From: a virus
Virus record (IMG/VR): IMGVR_UViG_3300042311_000577
Span: 58,795 to 122,794 of that record
Reading direction: 5' to 3' (one strand)
Length of the DNA stretch: 64,000 nucleotides
The position numbers and the translations under genes are program-made. Below, in pieces: positions 47,557 through 56,740 of the stretch. A model generated the notes under the pieces. The model was not told the origin of the DNA. It made no database searches and worked only from the letters and a program-made list of their open reading frames with translations. Positions within the stretch are counted from its first letter, which is position 1. Every line of letters starts with the position of its first letter.

Positions 47557-47867
47557 TACACTTCTCTTTTTAATTTTCTTTCAGTAGTTCTTGGTTCAGG
47601 AATTGATTGCTCAATATTTTCTTCTCTTTCATCATCTTCCATTAAACCATTATTCTCTTCATTTTGAACTTGATTCATCATCATACCATACTGCACTTGA
47701 ATACCTGTTCTTTTAAATCTAACCTCATCAATTTTAAAAAGCATCTCTTCATATTGAAGTTGTGCTTCTAAATAAGGTAGTGAGTCTTTGTAAAATTTAA
47801 GCATTTCTTTTCTTTTTGCTTCCATTTCCTCAGGTGTAAAACCCTTTTGGTTTTCTTGATTTTCCAT
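47556..47867 (-). CDS. Hypothetical protein (~103 aa)
   Basis: Likely start MENQ at 47867, just downstream of a TATATTTG promoter element at ~47890. Confidence 0.65.
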   Translation of the reverse strand: MENQENQKGFTPEEMEAKRKEMLKFYKDSLPYLEAQLQYEEMLFKIDEVRFKRTGIQVQYGMMMNQVQNEENNGLMEDDEREENIEQSIPEPRTTERKLKREV

Positions 47868-47889
47868 TTTTATATTTTTAAAGTTTAGA

Positions 47890-47900
47890 CAAATATACAA
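47890..47900 (-). promoter_or_regulatory. Bacteroidota sigma-A-type -7 element (TATATTTG)
   Basis: Matches the TAnnTTTG consensus; similar sites at ~24119, ~56398 and ~56504. Confidence 0.55.
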
Positions 47901-47930
47901 TAAAAGTTTAAACAAGAAATATTTAAAATA

Positions 47931-47960
47931 AAAAATCCAGGCATAGAAAATACCTGGATC
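47931..47960 (-). terminator. Intrinsic terminator after the lysis cassette
   Basis: ATCCAGG...CCTGGAT stem with an adjacent A-run. Confidence 0.6.
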
Positions 47961-47978
47961 CTAGTACTTAGTGTGTAC

Positions 47979-48137
47979 TTATCTATTTTTAATAGTGAAA
48001 TTGAAAATAGTAAAAGAGTAGAAGTTTCTGTTTGGGTCTATCTCTATAGAAAACAAATCAAGCATAGACACTCTAGCTCTAATAGTAATTGTTTTCCAAT
48101 TAGGTTTATGGCTTTTCCAGTTGTTTCTAAATTTCAT
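47979..48137 (-). CDS. Small hypothetical protein (~52 aa)
   Basis: Likely start MKFRNNW at 48137, immediately after the endolysin stop. Confidence 0.5.
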   Translation of the reverse strand: MKFRNNWKSHKPNWKTITIRARVSMLDLFSIEIDPNRNFYSFTIFNFTIKNR

Positions 48138-48138
48138 A

Positions 48139-49017
48139 CTACAAGGATAATAACATATCAATTAAATCAGGATGTGGGTACATGTCTACTTTTCCTCTTA
48201 TTACATTAGTATGAGAATACATACCTGGAGTTTTGTTTGCTCTATCAAGATCCAGTACATCAAATCCATCAGCTCCTTTTGCTTTAACATATTCTACTAA
48301 ACCTACTCTAGGATCAATAGAATATTTATCTGCTATAAAGAGTATCCAGTTTTTAAGAGCTACTAGTTGTTCTTCTGAATAGTTATGCCAAAACTGAAAT
48401 CCTCTAAATGGTTTAGCTAACTTAATTACCTGACTAGGATCAGCTGTAGTATTTACATAAGTTTTACCATTAACTATCTGACCCATACAGCATACTTCTA
48501 TTGCTACAGAATTTCTGTGCATTAAAGAGTTACCTGTACCTGTGTGCCAACCATATCCACCATCAGGAAAACATTGGATTAATTCACCGTCAAATGTTTT
48601 ATTTTTACCATCAACTGATTGTCCACCTAGGACATACTCAGTAGCTACATTACCTCTATCATCTCTTGCCCACATGTCTGCTACTTGATAAGGATTAGGT
48701 CCTCCAGCAGTATGATGTAGGAAGATCCAATCTTTAGGTACGGGGCCCTTAAAATAAGTTCCTTCCATCATGTAGTGTTTCTTAATCTCTAATGCTTTTA
48801 CTACTTCTATATTCTCAGCATTATCAGTATTAAGAATACCCATGTGGGCCCAAGTCTTAGGACCTACTATACCATCTACGGCAAGTCCATTTTTCTTTTG
48901 ATAAGACTTAACAGCTGAATCTGTTTTAGGACCAAAGTCTCCATCTACAGTAATCTTCAAGAATGTTTGTAAGGTCTTTACTGATTCACCCTTACTTCCT
49001 TTCTTTAATACTTGCAT
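48139..49017 (-). CDS. Endolysin: peptidoglycan-binding domain plus N-acetylmuramoyl-L-alanine amidase (Amidase_2-like)
   Basis: LKKGSKG..VKTLQ...VDGDFGPKT...VDGIVGPKTW (PG_binding_1); LHHTAG, WHTG, SH...KVD zinc-amidase motifs. Confidence 0.9.
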   Translation of the reverse strand: MQVLKKGSKGESVKTLQTFLKITVDGDFGPKTDSAVKSYQKKNGLAVDGIVGPKTWAHMGILNTDNAENIEVVKALEIKKHYMMEGTYFKGPVPKDWIFLHHTAGGPNPYQVADMWARDDRGNVATEYVLGGQSVDGKNKTFDGELIQCFPDGGYGWHTGTGNSLMHRNSVAIEVCCMGQIVNGKTYVNTTADPSQVIKLAKPFRGFQFWHNYSEEQLVALKNWILFIADKYSIDPRVGLVEYVKAKGADGFDVLDLDRANKTPGMYSHTNVIRGKVDMYPHPDLIDMLLSL

Positions 49018-49021
49018 CTTG

Positions 49022-49327
49022 CTATTTATTAAATTTTCTTTTCACAGCATTTGCCATAAATGTACCCCATCTTTTGAGTATATTATTTTTAGCATCTACT
49101 ACTACTTCAGTACCTTCTTTAGTTTTAGTAACTGTAACATCTAGTTTTTCTCCATCAAATTTAAACTCTTTTTCTTCTTCATTAGAAGTAAGAATCACAT
49201 CTGTTTTAGGAGTATCAATTACTACTTCTAAATTCTTGTCTTTTTTCTTAACACTTACTTTAGTTTTCTTTACTTTAACTTCAGCATTAATTTCCACTTG
49301 TTTCAGTGCTTTTGCTTTTTTTGCCAT
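49022..49327 (-). CDS. Hypothetical Lys-rich protein, 101 aa
   Basis: ORF within the lysis cassette. Confidence 0.55.
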   Translation of the reverse strand: MAKKAKALKQVEINAEVKVKKTKVSVKKKDKNLEVVIDTPKTDVILTSNEEEKEFKFDGEKLDVTVTKTKEGTEVVVDAKNNILKRWGTFMANAVKRKFNK

Positions 49328-49571
49328 CTTTCTTTTTTTTATTGGTTACTATTTCTTGATCTGGACTATCTACAACAGTTAGTTGAGATAATGTAGCTGC
49401 TACTGTTCCTGCAGTTACTAAATATCCTGCTACAGTTACTACTGCTGTAGGTAATGTAATTGGAGCTGCTATTACTACTCCTGCTGCTGCACCTACTGCA
49501 ATAGCAATGTTCTGTACTTTCTTCCAGAACTTAGGAGTTGGAGCATTCCATCTTTTTTTTATATTAGTCAT
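49287..49571 (-). CDS. Holin-like membrane protein, 94 aa
   Basis: RWNAPTPKFWKKV followed by two hydrophobic segments and a charged tail; near the endolysin. Confidence 0.6.
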   Translation of the reverse strand: MTNIKKRWNAPTPKFWKKVQNIAIAVGAAAGVVIAAPITLPTAVVTVAGYLVTAGTVAATLSQLTVVDSPDQEIVTNKKKKDGKKSKSTETSGN

Positions 49572-49839
49572 GTCTACTATTTACTATGAATAATTTTACT
49601 GCATCTGATAATTCACTGACATTTCTTGCTAAGTTTTTAATTTCAAGTTGTGTCAGTTCTTGTAGTGCTTGATATTTTATTTGACTTTCTTGTTGTACTA
49701 GTTCTATTTTACCTTTTAATTTACCTTGTTCTTCTGTATTTTTTCTAACATCAGAGTGTATCATTTTTAAAAAGTATCCAAATATAGCAAAAATTAAACT
49801 AGCTATAAAAAGAATGAGTGTCATTAACCAGGTTTCCAT
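49564..49839 (-). CDS. Membrane-anchored coiled-coil protein (lysis accessory candidate), 91 aa
   Basis: N-terminal TM helix followed by a coiled coil. Confidence 0.55.
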   Translation of the reverse strand: METWLMTLILFIASLIFAIFGYFLKMIHSDVRKNTEEQGKLKGKIELVQQESQIKYQALQELTQLEIKNLARNVSELSDAVKLFIVNSRHD

Positions 49840-49923
49840 TGTTATTATGTTATAAATATATATTATAATATACTAAAAATAAATGAAACTACAATAGATT
49901 ACTAGGTATTTTTACTTATATTT

Positions 49924-51333
49924 TTAAACTAAGTTACCTTCAAGTAACCATACATTTGTACTTACTTTTGTTATTGTGACTACTCCATATGGAGCTTCAA
50001 CAGAATTTAATCCTGATAATGAATTAACTATTACTGAACCACTTCCTGGTAAAATAGAAACAGAAGAAGGTCCTTCTGTTGAAACTTTAAATACTGAACC
50101 TGTAGTAATATTAACAGCACCATTAAAAGGAAGAGTAATATCTGTTACACTAGGATCTAAAATTAAAACTTGTCCCGCATAACTTTGATTTAAAGTTATA
50201 CTTGGTCCTGTTAAATAACTTACATCAACAACTCCTGTATTTGTAGCAGTAACATCAATAGTGTTTGTAAAAATATTATTAGTTACATCCACATTAATAC
50301 CTGGTGTAGTAATAAAATTAAGTTTTGAAGTTGAACCTACTGTAGTAAATTGTTCTAATATATCTATTGTAGGTATTGAAGATACAGTTCCAAAACCAGA
50401 TTGAAATACAATATTGTCATAAGCAATATCAACAGCAGTATTTGGTGTAGCTGTATTTTTAAGTAAAAATAAGTCAACAGTTCTTATATCTGCAATAGTT
50501 ACATTACCTGTAAAAAGAGCTGTGGGTATTGTAACTTGCTGCCATACTCCTACTAGTGTAGGATTTAATCCATGTTGATCTAAATATCTGATACCTAAAC
50601 TTGTAAGAGATGGGCCTCCTGTTAACCGTATATAAGGTCTTCTTCCAATACCACCATCTAATGTAGCAAAATTTACTGGTAAGTAAACTCTCAAAGATAA
50701 TCCAACATAAGTTGCTCTACTTATTGGAGCAGGTGCCAGAAATGTTATGTATCTTGCAGTTGAATAAGCAGTATAAGTTGCAAGTAAACAAGCTGTACCT
50801 GCAAAGGGTGCTGGTGTTGGACTATTCCAAACTGCTGTTGGTGCAGGGGCACCTCCAATTATACTTCCAACCCAATCTCCAGCTTGACTTTCTCTATAGA
50901 CCCATTGATCTGTAATAGCAGGTGTTATAGCTCCAGCATTTACAAGAACATACTGAACTAATACCTGATCTCCAGGTATAGTTGGTGTAATTGGATTAGA
51001 TGAAGGTACTCCAGGAATAACAGTAACTACTCCAAATTCATCAACTACAATTGCATCAAATCTAGGATCACTTGGATCTCCAACAGAAAGAGTTACTGAT
51101 GTAGCAGATGATGTGTAATTAACTCCATTAATTTGATAGGTTAAAACTGTAACATCAAAGACCATCCCTGTACCAGACCAAGATGCACCACCAGTTAATA
51201 ACTGAGTACCACTTGAAGTTGTTAGTGGTAAGTCTGCAATGGTTGCATATGGATTTATATTAGATGGTGTATTAGCAGATGTTGCTGCATCATATGCATT
51301 ACCAGGTAAATTTCTATTTATGTTAGTACTCAT
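49924..51333 (-). CDS. Fibre/decoration-like structural protein, 469 aa
   Basis: DPRFDAIV motif, a carbohydrate-binding-like beta-sandwich middle and a C-terminal WLLEGNL. Confidence 0.55.
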   Translation of the reverse strand: MSTNINRNLPGNAYDAATSANTPSNINPYATIADLPLTTSSGTQLLTGGASWSGTGMVFDVTVLTYQINGVNYTSSATSVTLSVGDPSDPRFDAIVVDEFGVVTVIPGVPSSNPITPTIPGDQVLVQYVLVNAGAITPAITDQWVYRESQAGDWVGSIIGGAPAPTAVWNSPTPAPFAGTACLLATYTAYSTARYITFLAPAPISRATYVGLSLRVYLPVNFATLDGGIGRRPYIRLTGGPSLTSLGIRYLDQHGLNPTLVGVWQQVTIPTALFTGNVTIADIRTVDLFLLKNTATPNTAVDIAYDNIVFQSGFGTVSSIPTIDILEQFTTVGSTSKLNFITTPGINVDVTNNIFTNTIDVTATNTGVVDVSYLTGPSITLNQSYAGQVLILDPSVTDITLPFNGAVNITTGSVFKVSTEGPSSVSILPGSGSVIVNSLSGLNSVEAPYGVVTITKVSTNVWLLEGNLV

Positions 51334-51896
51334 TAATATGTTTTATTTAAAATAAATATGTCACTATAGATATTGTTTCCTGTAGAAGCAGTTTGCCATT
51401 GAGCTGTTACATCCAATACATTAGGAACGGTTGTATCAAATGTTGCATCATTAACTACATTAAATCCAAATCCTTGAACAGAAGCATTGTTAGTTTTTGT
51501 ATAATGAAATGATCCTAGTGAAACTATAGATGCTACACCCGGACCTCCTATTGCTCTAATAGTAAAATCTACATTTAAAGACCAGACATCATTTATAACA
51601 CTACTTCCTAGATTCTGTGCAAGACTATCTAAAAGGAGAACAGCTCCTGCTCTAACTCTAATTCTAATATTTTGATTATTATTAGCATTCATTACACCAC
51701 CAAACACAGCTCTAAAGCTATCTCCTACTTTAAATCCATTAGCAGGAACAGATAAACTACCTACACCACCATTTATTAATGGTGTCTCTACATCTGTATT
51801 AGTAATAATAGTACTGTTTGCTGTTTGAGCAAATAATCCCCTAGTATAACCTAAAGGATTTAAAGAATACTTATCTATATCAATATGAGTACTCAT
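51333..51896 (-). CDS. Beta-rich structural protein, 187 aa
   Basis: TAATG-coupled to both neighbours; beta-rich. Confidence 0.55.
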   Translation of the reverse strand: MSTHIDIDKYSLNPLGYTRGLFAQTANSTIITNTDVETPLINGGVGSLSVPANGFKVGDSFRAVFGGVMNANNNQNIRIRVRAGAVLLLDSLAQNLGSSVINDVWSLNVDFTIRAIGGPGVASIVSLGSFHYTKTNNASVQGFGFNVVNDATFDTTVPNVLDVTAQWQTASTGNNIYSDIFILNKTY

Positions 51897-53077
51897 TATG
51901 TATTATACGTTATGATAAGTGATGCTCCTACAAAATCAGTATCCCAAGCAAAAGTACTTGGAGGGTATTGATTACCAAGTCCACCTGCATCCATATTAAT
52001 AGTTACTCCAACTGGTATAGTCACCGGTGTTGTTCCTCCATCAAATGAAAGTGTTATAGGAACAGTACCCACATTTGCAAAAGAAATGGAATAAACTGCA
52101 TCAGGTAAAAATCCTATAACACCAGATAACACCTGAATATTTGGTGTTATTTGAACTTGAGCTTGTTGAGTACATAAAGTAACAGCTACTGAATCAACAC
52201 AATTTTGAGGACCTGTAGGACCAACAATAGTAGTATTTGTAGAAACTATTCCATTAGTATCTACTTGAACTGCTGTCCAGTTTGTACCACCATCAGTTGA
52301 TCCGTAAATACCTACTCCATCAGCAGATGGTGTTAATGCACCAGCATCTACTGGTAAAGGATTACCTGAATTTACAGTAGTACCATTAGCACACAATGAT
52401 ACTTCATCAGTACAAACTAATGGTCTAATATCCAAATCAATTGCATCAACAGTAATAGAGTTACCACCATCTTGAATATTCACAGCTGCTGCTCCTGCAC
52501 CATTTTGTACAGTGATATTTTCTAATGCAGTAAGAGTAGCAGTACTTAATGATACTGTACCATCTACTGTAATAGAACCACCATTATCTGTTACTGGTAA
52601 TGCAGTTTGGTTAGATGCAATAACTACAGGCATAGATGCTGCCATTGTTGTCTGACCTAGTGCATCAGGAGTACCTGCCTCTATAGAGATTAAATTAGAT
52701 GTATAAGATACAATCTGAGCTAAGTATGTATTAGGATTAATGTAAGTAATAGGAAATGCAGGAGTACCTGATGCATTATTTCCTGCTTCAAAATATACAG
52801 GTGGTAAGAAAGCTCCTGGAGCAGGTGTGGGATCCCATATCCTTACTTCTAACCATGTAAGATCATTAGCATCTACAACTAAAGCTGCTTCAAAGTCAGT
52901 ACCATCTTGAACAGCAGTTAATATTTGTGTTAATAATGATTCTACTTGATCTGTATTTAAATCTATTTCTTTTAAATAATCACAAGCACATTGTTGACCT
53001 TGTAACATTTTGAGTTGCCAAGGAAAGTTATTTCCCTGTAGTCCACTATTTTTTAAATTTCCTATACTATTTGACAT
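51896..53077 (-). CDS. Fibre-like structural protein, 393 aa
   Basis: Repeated DGG(N/S)SITVD units and LGQTTMAASMPVVIASNQ. Confidence 0.55.
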   Translation of the reverse strand: MSNSIGNLKNSGLQGNNFPWQLKMLQGQQCACDYLKEIDLNTDQVESLLTQILTAVQDGTDFEAALVVDANDLTWLEVRIWDPTPAPGAFLPPVYFEAGNNASGTPAFPITYINPNTYLAQIVSYTSNLISIEAGTPDALGQTTMAASMPVVIASNQTALPVTDNGGSITVDGTVSLSTATLTALENITVQNGAGAAAVNIQDGGNSITVDAIDLDIRPLVCTDEVSLCANGTTVNSGNPLPVDAGALTPSADGVGIYGSTDGGTNWTAVQVDTNGIVSTNTTIVGPTGPQNCVDSVAVTLCTQQAQVQITPNIQVLSGVIGFLPDAVYSISFANVGTVPITLSFDGGTTPVTIPVGVTINMDAGGLGNQYPPSTFAWDTDFVGASLIITYNT

Positions 53078-53102
53078 GGTTTATGTTATTTAACATGTTT
53101 CT

Positions 53103-53303
53103 TTATTTTACAATTCTTACTTCTCCTGTAGGTGTGCTATATAGTTCTCCAACTTTAAGACCACCTGCAATAGCTGCTGCATTATTAGCATACTCTCTTC
53201 TTATATTTGCTAAGAGTGCATTAAGATGCCCAAACTTAGCAGGAGCCATATCATTCTCATTTTTAAGATATGGATCTGGTGATACTGGAACAAACTTTAC
53301 CAT
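53103..53303 (-). CDS. Small structural-like protein, 66 aa
   Basis: YANNAAAIAGGLKVGELY motif. Confidence 0.6.
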   Translation of the reverse strand: MVKFVPVSPDPYLKNENDMAPAKFGHLNALLANIRREYANNAAAIAGGLKVGELYSTPTGEVRIVK

Positions 53304-53305
53304 GA

Positions 53306-53701
53306 TTATAATTCTCTAATTCCACCACCAACTCTATTTTGAACTGCTTGAGAAAGATCCTCACTTGATTTTTTAATGATAACATTTTTTTGTTCAGGAT
53401 CCAATGTTTTCTTAGCAACTACAATTTTTTGAGGAGCTTCATATTGTCCTTTGAAAAGCAATCTTCCAGGAGCTGAATAAAACTCAGATTCAAATTCAAT
53501 AACAAGTTGTGTATATTCTAAACCTTTCTCAGGTGCAGGTAAAGTTCCATAAACTATGCCACCCTGAAAAGTTTCTTTCAGTGCTACTACTGGTTTTTGA
53601 TTTTGATAACTATAAGTAAAAGTAAACTTACCGTCAAATCTAAAGTTTTCTAAACTATTTCCGTATTGGTCTACCAATGTGAAAAGTGTATTTTCTGCCA
53701 T
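53306..53701 (-). CDS. Hypothetical protein, 131 aa
   Basis: Packed ORF. Confidence 0.6.
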   Translation of the reverse strand: MAENTLFTLVDQYGNSLENFRFDGKFTFTYSYQNQKPVVALKETFQGGIVYGTLPAPEKGLEYTQLVIEFESEFYSAPGRLLFKGQYEAPQKIVVAKKTLDPEQKNVIIKKSSEDLSQAVQNRVGGGIREL

Positions 53702-53722
53702 GATTTCTATTTTTTAAAATTA

Positions 53723-54289
53723 TTAAAGTGTACTGTATACTACAGTTGATCCTCTTTCTACTGCAACTTCTATATCAACATTTACAACGGCATTAAATGG
53801 TACACTGTATCCACCAATAACCCAAAAGAAATGCTCATCTGGAGTAGTAATAGTATTATCTCTATTTATAAACATTAGAGTTGCAGCTTCTACAATACCT
53901 GTAGCATCATCTTGCACTAATGCAAAGCTAGTAACCGGTGTATGAGTTTCACCAAAGAAACTATCAATGGCAGATACATTACTTGCATTTTTAACTACAG
54001 CTACTGTAGGAGAAGATGTAGTTATTGAACCTAATAATCTAACATAAGTTGCTGCAGGATCTTGCATCAATACAGTTCCTTGAAGTTTATACACATCATA
54101 TTCAACTCCTCCAATAGTAGTTGTATAGTTGTTTATTAGATTACAAGCAGAAGAACAATCTGGATCAAAACCAGTAGTTTCTACTGGAGCACTCACTATT
54201 CCCAATACTTTCTTAAAATACGGTAGGTTTCTACCTAGATATTGCCACACTTGTGTTAGTGGACTTTTGAATTCTGGATATGTTGCCAT
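53723..54289 (-). CDS. Hypothetical protein (~188 aa)
   Basis: Likely start MATYPEF at 54289, downstream of the late-promoter motif at 54316. Confidence 0.6.
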   Translation of the reverse strand: MATYPEFKSPLTQVWQYLGRNLPYFKKVLGIVSAPVETTGFDPDCSSACNLINNYTTTIGGVEYDVYKLQGTVLMQDPAATYVRLLGSITTSSPTVAVVKNASNVSAIDSFFGETHTPVTSFALVQDDATGIVEAATLMFINRDNTITTPDEHFFWVIGGYSVPFNAVVNVDIEVAVERGSTVVYSTL

Positions 54290-54339
54290 GATTAAAATTT
54301 TACAAATATATACTATAATATACAAAAAATTTTTGAATA

Positions 54340-54376
54340 AAAAAAATCCCCAGAAAAATTTCTGAGGATCTTTTTG
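54340..54376 (-). terminator. Intrinsic (possibly bidirectional) terminator
   Basis: ATCC(C)CAGAAA...TTTCTGAGGAT stem flanked by A and T runs. Confidence 0.6.
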
Positions 54377-54394
54377 TTTGATTAGAGAAAAGTA

Positions 54395-54592
54395 TCAAAA
54401 CATGAGTCCCATAAAGAATGCAATAAACAACATTACAACTAATGTCATGTTAGCATATTTTTTTCCTTCAGGGTCTTCTTCCCACACGTTATGCATTTTA
54501 TTATATAAAGGTTTGCTCATAGCATTATTTATTAAAAACAAAAAGCCTAGAGTGGTAAGACCAATAATAAAAAGTATTCCTTTTAACATCAT
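54395..54592 (-). CDS. Small membrane protein with two TM segments, 65 aa
   Basis: Two hydrophobic stretches. Confidence 0.6.
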   Translation of the reverse strand: MMLKGILFIIGLTTLGFLFLINNAMSKPLYNKMHNVWEEDPEGKKYANMTLVVMLFIAFFMGLMF

Positions 54593-54954
54593 AGTGAATC
54601 AATTCTTCTTTGTAAATATACTAAAGCTTTTTGTAAATCCTCTTTTTTTGTAGAAATATTTTTCTTACCGGCTCTTGCTACATACTTAATTACGTTACCT
54701 AGGTAGAAATCATCATCAAGGTCCCAGGCTTCTAATACGTTGAATACTTCATAAGGATTATCTTTACCGCCATAATAATCTGGCCGGGGTCCTTTATCTA
54801 AGTTTACAACTCTTTTCTGCCAGTCTACTTCTACTGCTGTAGGGCAAGTTGGTTTATAAAGGTTGGTGTCCTTTCCATAAACTCCATCTACCATATCTTT
54901 ATATGGAGATTGTTTATCACTACGGGTGCATGCTTTATATAAATTATTTTCCAT
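54589..54954 (-). CDS. DUF3310-family phage protein, 121 aa
   Basis: PDYY...FYLGNVIKYVARAGKK...EDLQKALVYL. Confidence 0.8.
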   Translation of the reverse strand: MENNLYKACTRSDKQSPYKDMVDGVYGKDTNLYKPTCPTAVEVDWQKRVVNLDKGPRPDYYGGKDNPYEVFNVLEAWDLDDDFYLGNVIKYVARAGKKNISTKKEDLQKALVYLQRRIDSL

Positions 54955-54957
54955 AAC

Positions 54958-55236
54958 TTACCATACTATTGCTATTGCTGTATCCGGAACCAAGATTCTC
55001 ATTTTACCATCTACTTCAATTTTCTCTCCTGATTCTAGAGCATATGTTTGAACATATACATGATCTCCTTCCATAATACCAGTGATCTCATCTCCAATAG
55101 CATACACTTCTAACTTCTGCCATTGTTTCATAGCTTCCATCATTCTTGCATCCTCATCTTTTGCAGATAATTCTACTGCTGTTTTTTTAAGTTCTGGTAT
55201 TGTGATCAATACTCTTTTTCCTCTTAGTGCTTTCAT
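54958..55236 (-). CDS. GroES-like co-chaperonin, 92 aa
   Basis: K.L.GKRVLI...EVYAIGD...EGDHVYV...ILVPDTAIAIV matches the Cpn10 pattern. Confidence 0.65.
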   Translation of the reverse strand: MKALRGKRVLITIPELKKTAVELSAKDEDARMMEAMKQWQKLEVYAIGDEITGIMEGDHVYVQTYALESGEKIEVDGKMRILVPDTAIAIVW

Positions 55237-55241
55237 AGTGG

Positions 55242-55484
55242 TTATTTTAATCCTTTTGCAATTCCTTTTACACCATACATCTGAGCGGTTTCCAATTCAG
55301 TCATTGCCACGGCAAAACATCTTTTAGCTTCCGGATCAGTTGTTAAGTTTGACTCATTGTTCAAATAGTCAATAGCATCTGCCATCATTCTTTTAAATGA
55401 ACCTATCTTGTCATCACTAGACGGGTTGAAATTAATATGACATCTCTTCTCTCCAAGTGTCATCTCTCTTGTTACTTCTTCCAT
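55242..55484 (-). CDS. Acb2/Tad1-like helical hairpin protein (candidate immune-signal sponge), 80 aa
   Basis: FNPS...RCFAVAMTELETAQMYGVKGIA resembles the Acb2/Tad1 C-terminal helix pattern. Confidence 0.55.
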   Translation of the reverse strand: MEEVTREMTLGEKRCHINFNPSSDDKIGSFKRMMADAIDYLNNESNLTTDPEAKRCFAVAMTELETAQMYGVKGIAKGLK

Positions 55485-55495
55485 TGTATTTAAAT

Positions 55496-55765
55496 TTAAT
55501 TTGTTACTTCATCATACATCATTTCAAAGATGTCTGGTTTACATGGGTAATATTCCCCCTTGATTCCTTTGATCACATAATCCCCCGGGGAAACTTTCAT
55601 CTTACCTTCCAAGGTCTTAATGTAAAATCCATTAAAGGTGCCCGCAGTAAAATCAAGTATTCCTTCAAACTGATCTTCACTTGCAATAACTGCAGCCATC
55701 TCTTCTGTCCCATCCCATTGTATTGCCTCAATAGGAATTGGTTTCTTTACAAACTTACGCGTCAT
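55496..55765 (-). CDS. Conserved phage protein (KKP..IEA / PGDY family), 89 aa
   Basis: KKPIPIEAIQW...IKTLEG...PGDYVIKG..GEYYPCKPDIF..MY. Confidence 0.75.
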   Translation of the reverse strand: MTRKFVKKPIPIEAIQWDGTEEMAAVIASEDQFEGILDFTAGTFNGFYIKTLEGKMKVSPGDYVIKGIKGEYYPCKPDIFEMMYDEVTN

Positions 55766-56063
55766 ATTTTTGTTTTGTGTTGGTTAATACTTCTTCTTTT
55801 TCTTCAGGTAATCCTTCAAGGATATTCAGTTTAATTTTTTCTAATAAACCTACTACAGCTAGATTACCATAAGTGGCATCTGCTATTCTTACTTCTAATC
55901 CTTCACCTTGTTCTGTGATTGACAATAAAACTTTATCTGACATATTAATTAATTTACTTAGTTCATCATAGAGTTCCCTGGCACGTAGATTATCCATACC
56001 AGCTTCTCTAACTTCTTTAGTTATTCTCTCCCACAACTTTTTCTGCTGGAGTGTCATCCTCAT
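55755..56063 (-). CDS. Hypothetical protein, 102 aa
   Basis: Packed ORF. Confidence 0.55.
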   Translation of the reverse strand: MRMTLQQKKLWERITKEVREAGMDNLRARELYDELSKLINMSDKVLLSITEQGEGLEVRIADATYGNLAVVGLLEKIKLNILEGLPEEKEEVLTNTKQKYDA

Positions 56064-56379
56064 GAATAATTTGAAATTGTGCTAATGCAAGAGATGCTAC
56101 AGACACAGCATTCTCAAATTCTTTATGATCCATAAAAAACTTCCAGTTATCCTCAGATGATGGATCTGCATATCTATATCTCATCACCGCAAATGTAGCT
56201 TCAAAGATTTCATGACAAATTACATTCCAAACATAATGAGGATCTGTATCTAAATCTCTGGTTCCAATAATTATCTTGTTTACACTTGTTGAGAAGTTAC
56301 CACCCCCATCAGTTGGATCTTGGATGATCTCATATCTATAACAGGAAATGTATATTTCTTTTGGGAATATTATTTTCAT
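56017..56379 (-). CDS. Small zincin-like (HExxE variant) protein (~120 aa)
   Basis: Likely start MKIIFPK at 56379 after an AACCAACAA leader; VICHEIFE plus a later HKEFE. Confidence 0.5.
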   Translation of the reverse strand: MKIIFPKEIYISCYRYEIIQDPTDGGGNFSTSVNKIIIGTRDLDTDPHYVWNVICHEIFEATFAVMRYRYADPSSEDNWKFFMDHKEFENAVSVASLALAQFQIIHEDDTPAEKVVGENN

Positions 56380-56515
56380 ACAGTGTTGTTGGTTGGACAA
56401 ATATAAAAACTTTTTTTGTTTAAACTAAAAACCCCGGAAAATTTTTCCAGGGCTCTTAGCTAATTTTAAACAAGTAAATGAAAGTAATTAATCGAAAACA
56501 GGACAAATATAATAA

Positions 56516-56740
56516 TTATTTTCCAATAGCTGGATCTATTCCTTTTTTTATTTCTCTACCAAAAGTAATATTATTCTTTGCCCGGATATCCTTATGGGTA
56601 AACTGCCAGAATTCTCCAGTGGCTGTAATAATAACTGTGTAGATAGTATCAGTCTCATACCCATAGTCAGTAACTAGCCAGATAACCCCGGGTCCTTTTG
56701 GTGTGTTAACTTCCATTCTATTGGTTGGTTCATATATCAT
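56516..56740 (-). CDS. Hypothetical protein, 74 aa
   Basis: TPKGPG...DYG motif; overlaps the upstream stop. Confidence 0.6.
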   Translation of the reverse strand: MIYEPTNRMEVNTPKGPGVIWLVTDYGYETDTIYTVIITATGEFWQFTHKDIRAKNNITFGREIKKGIDPAIGK

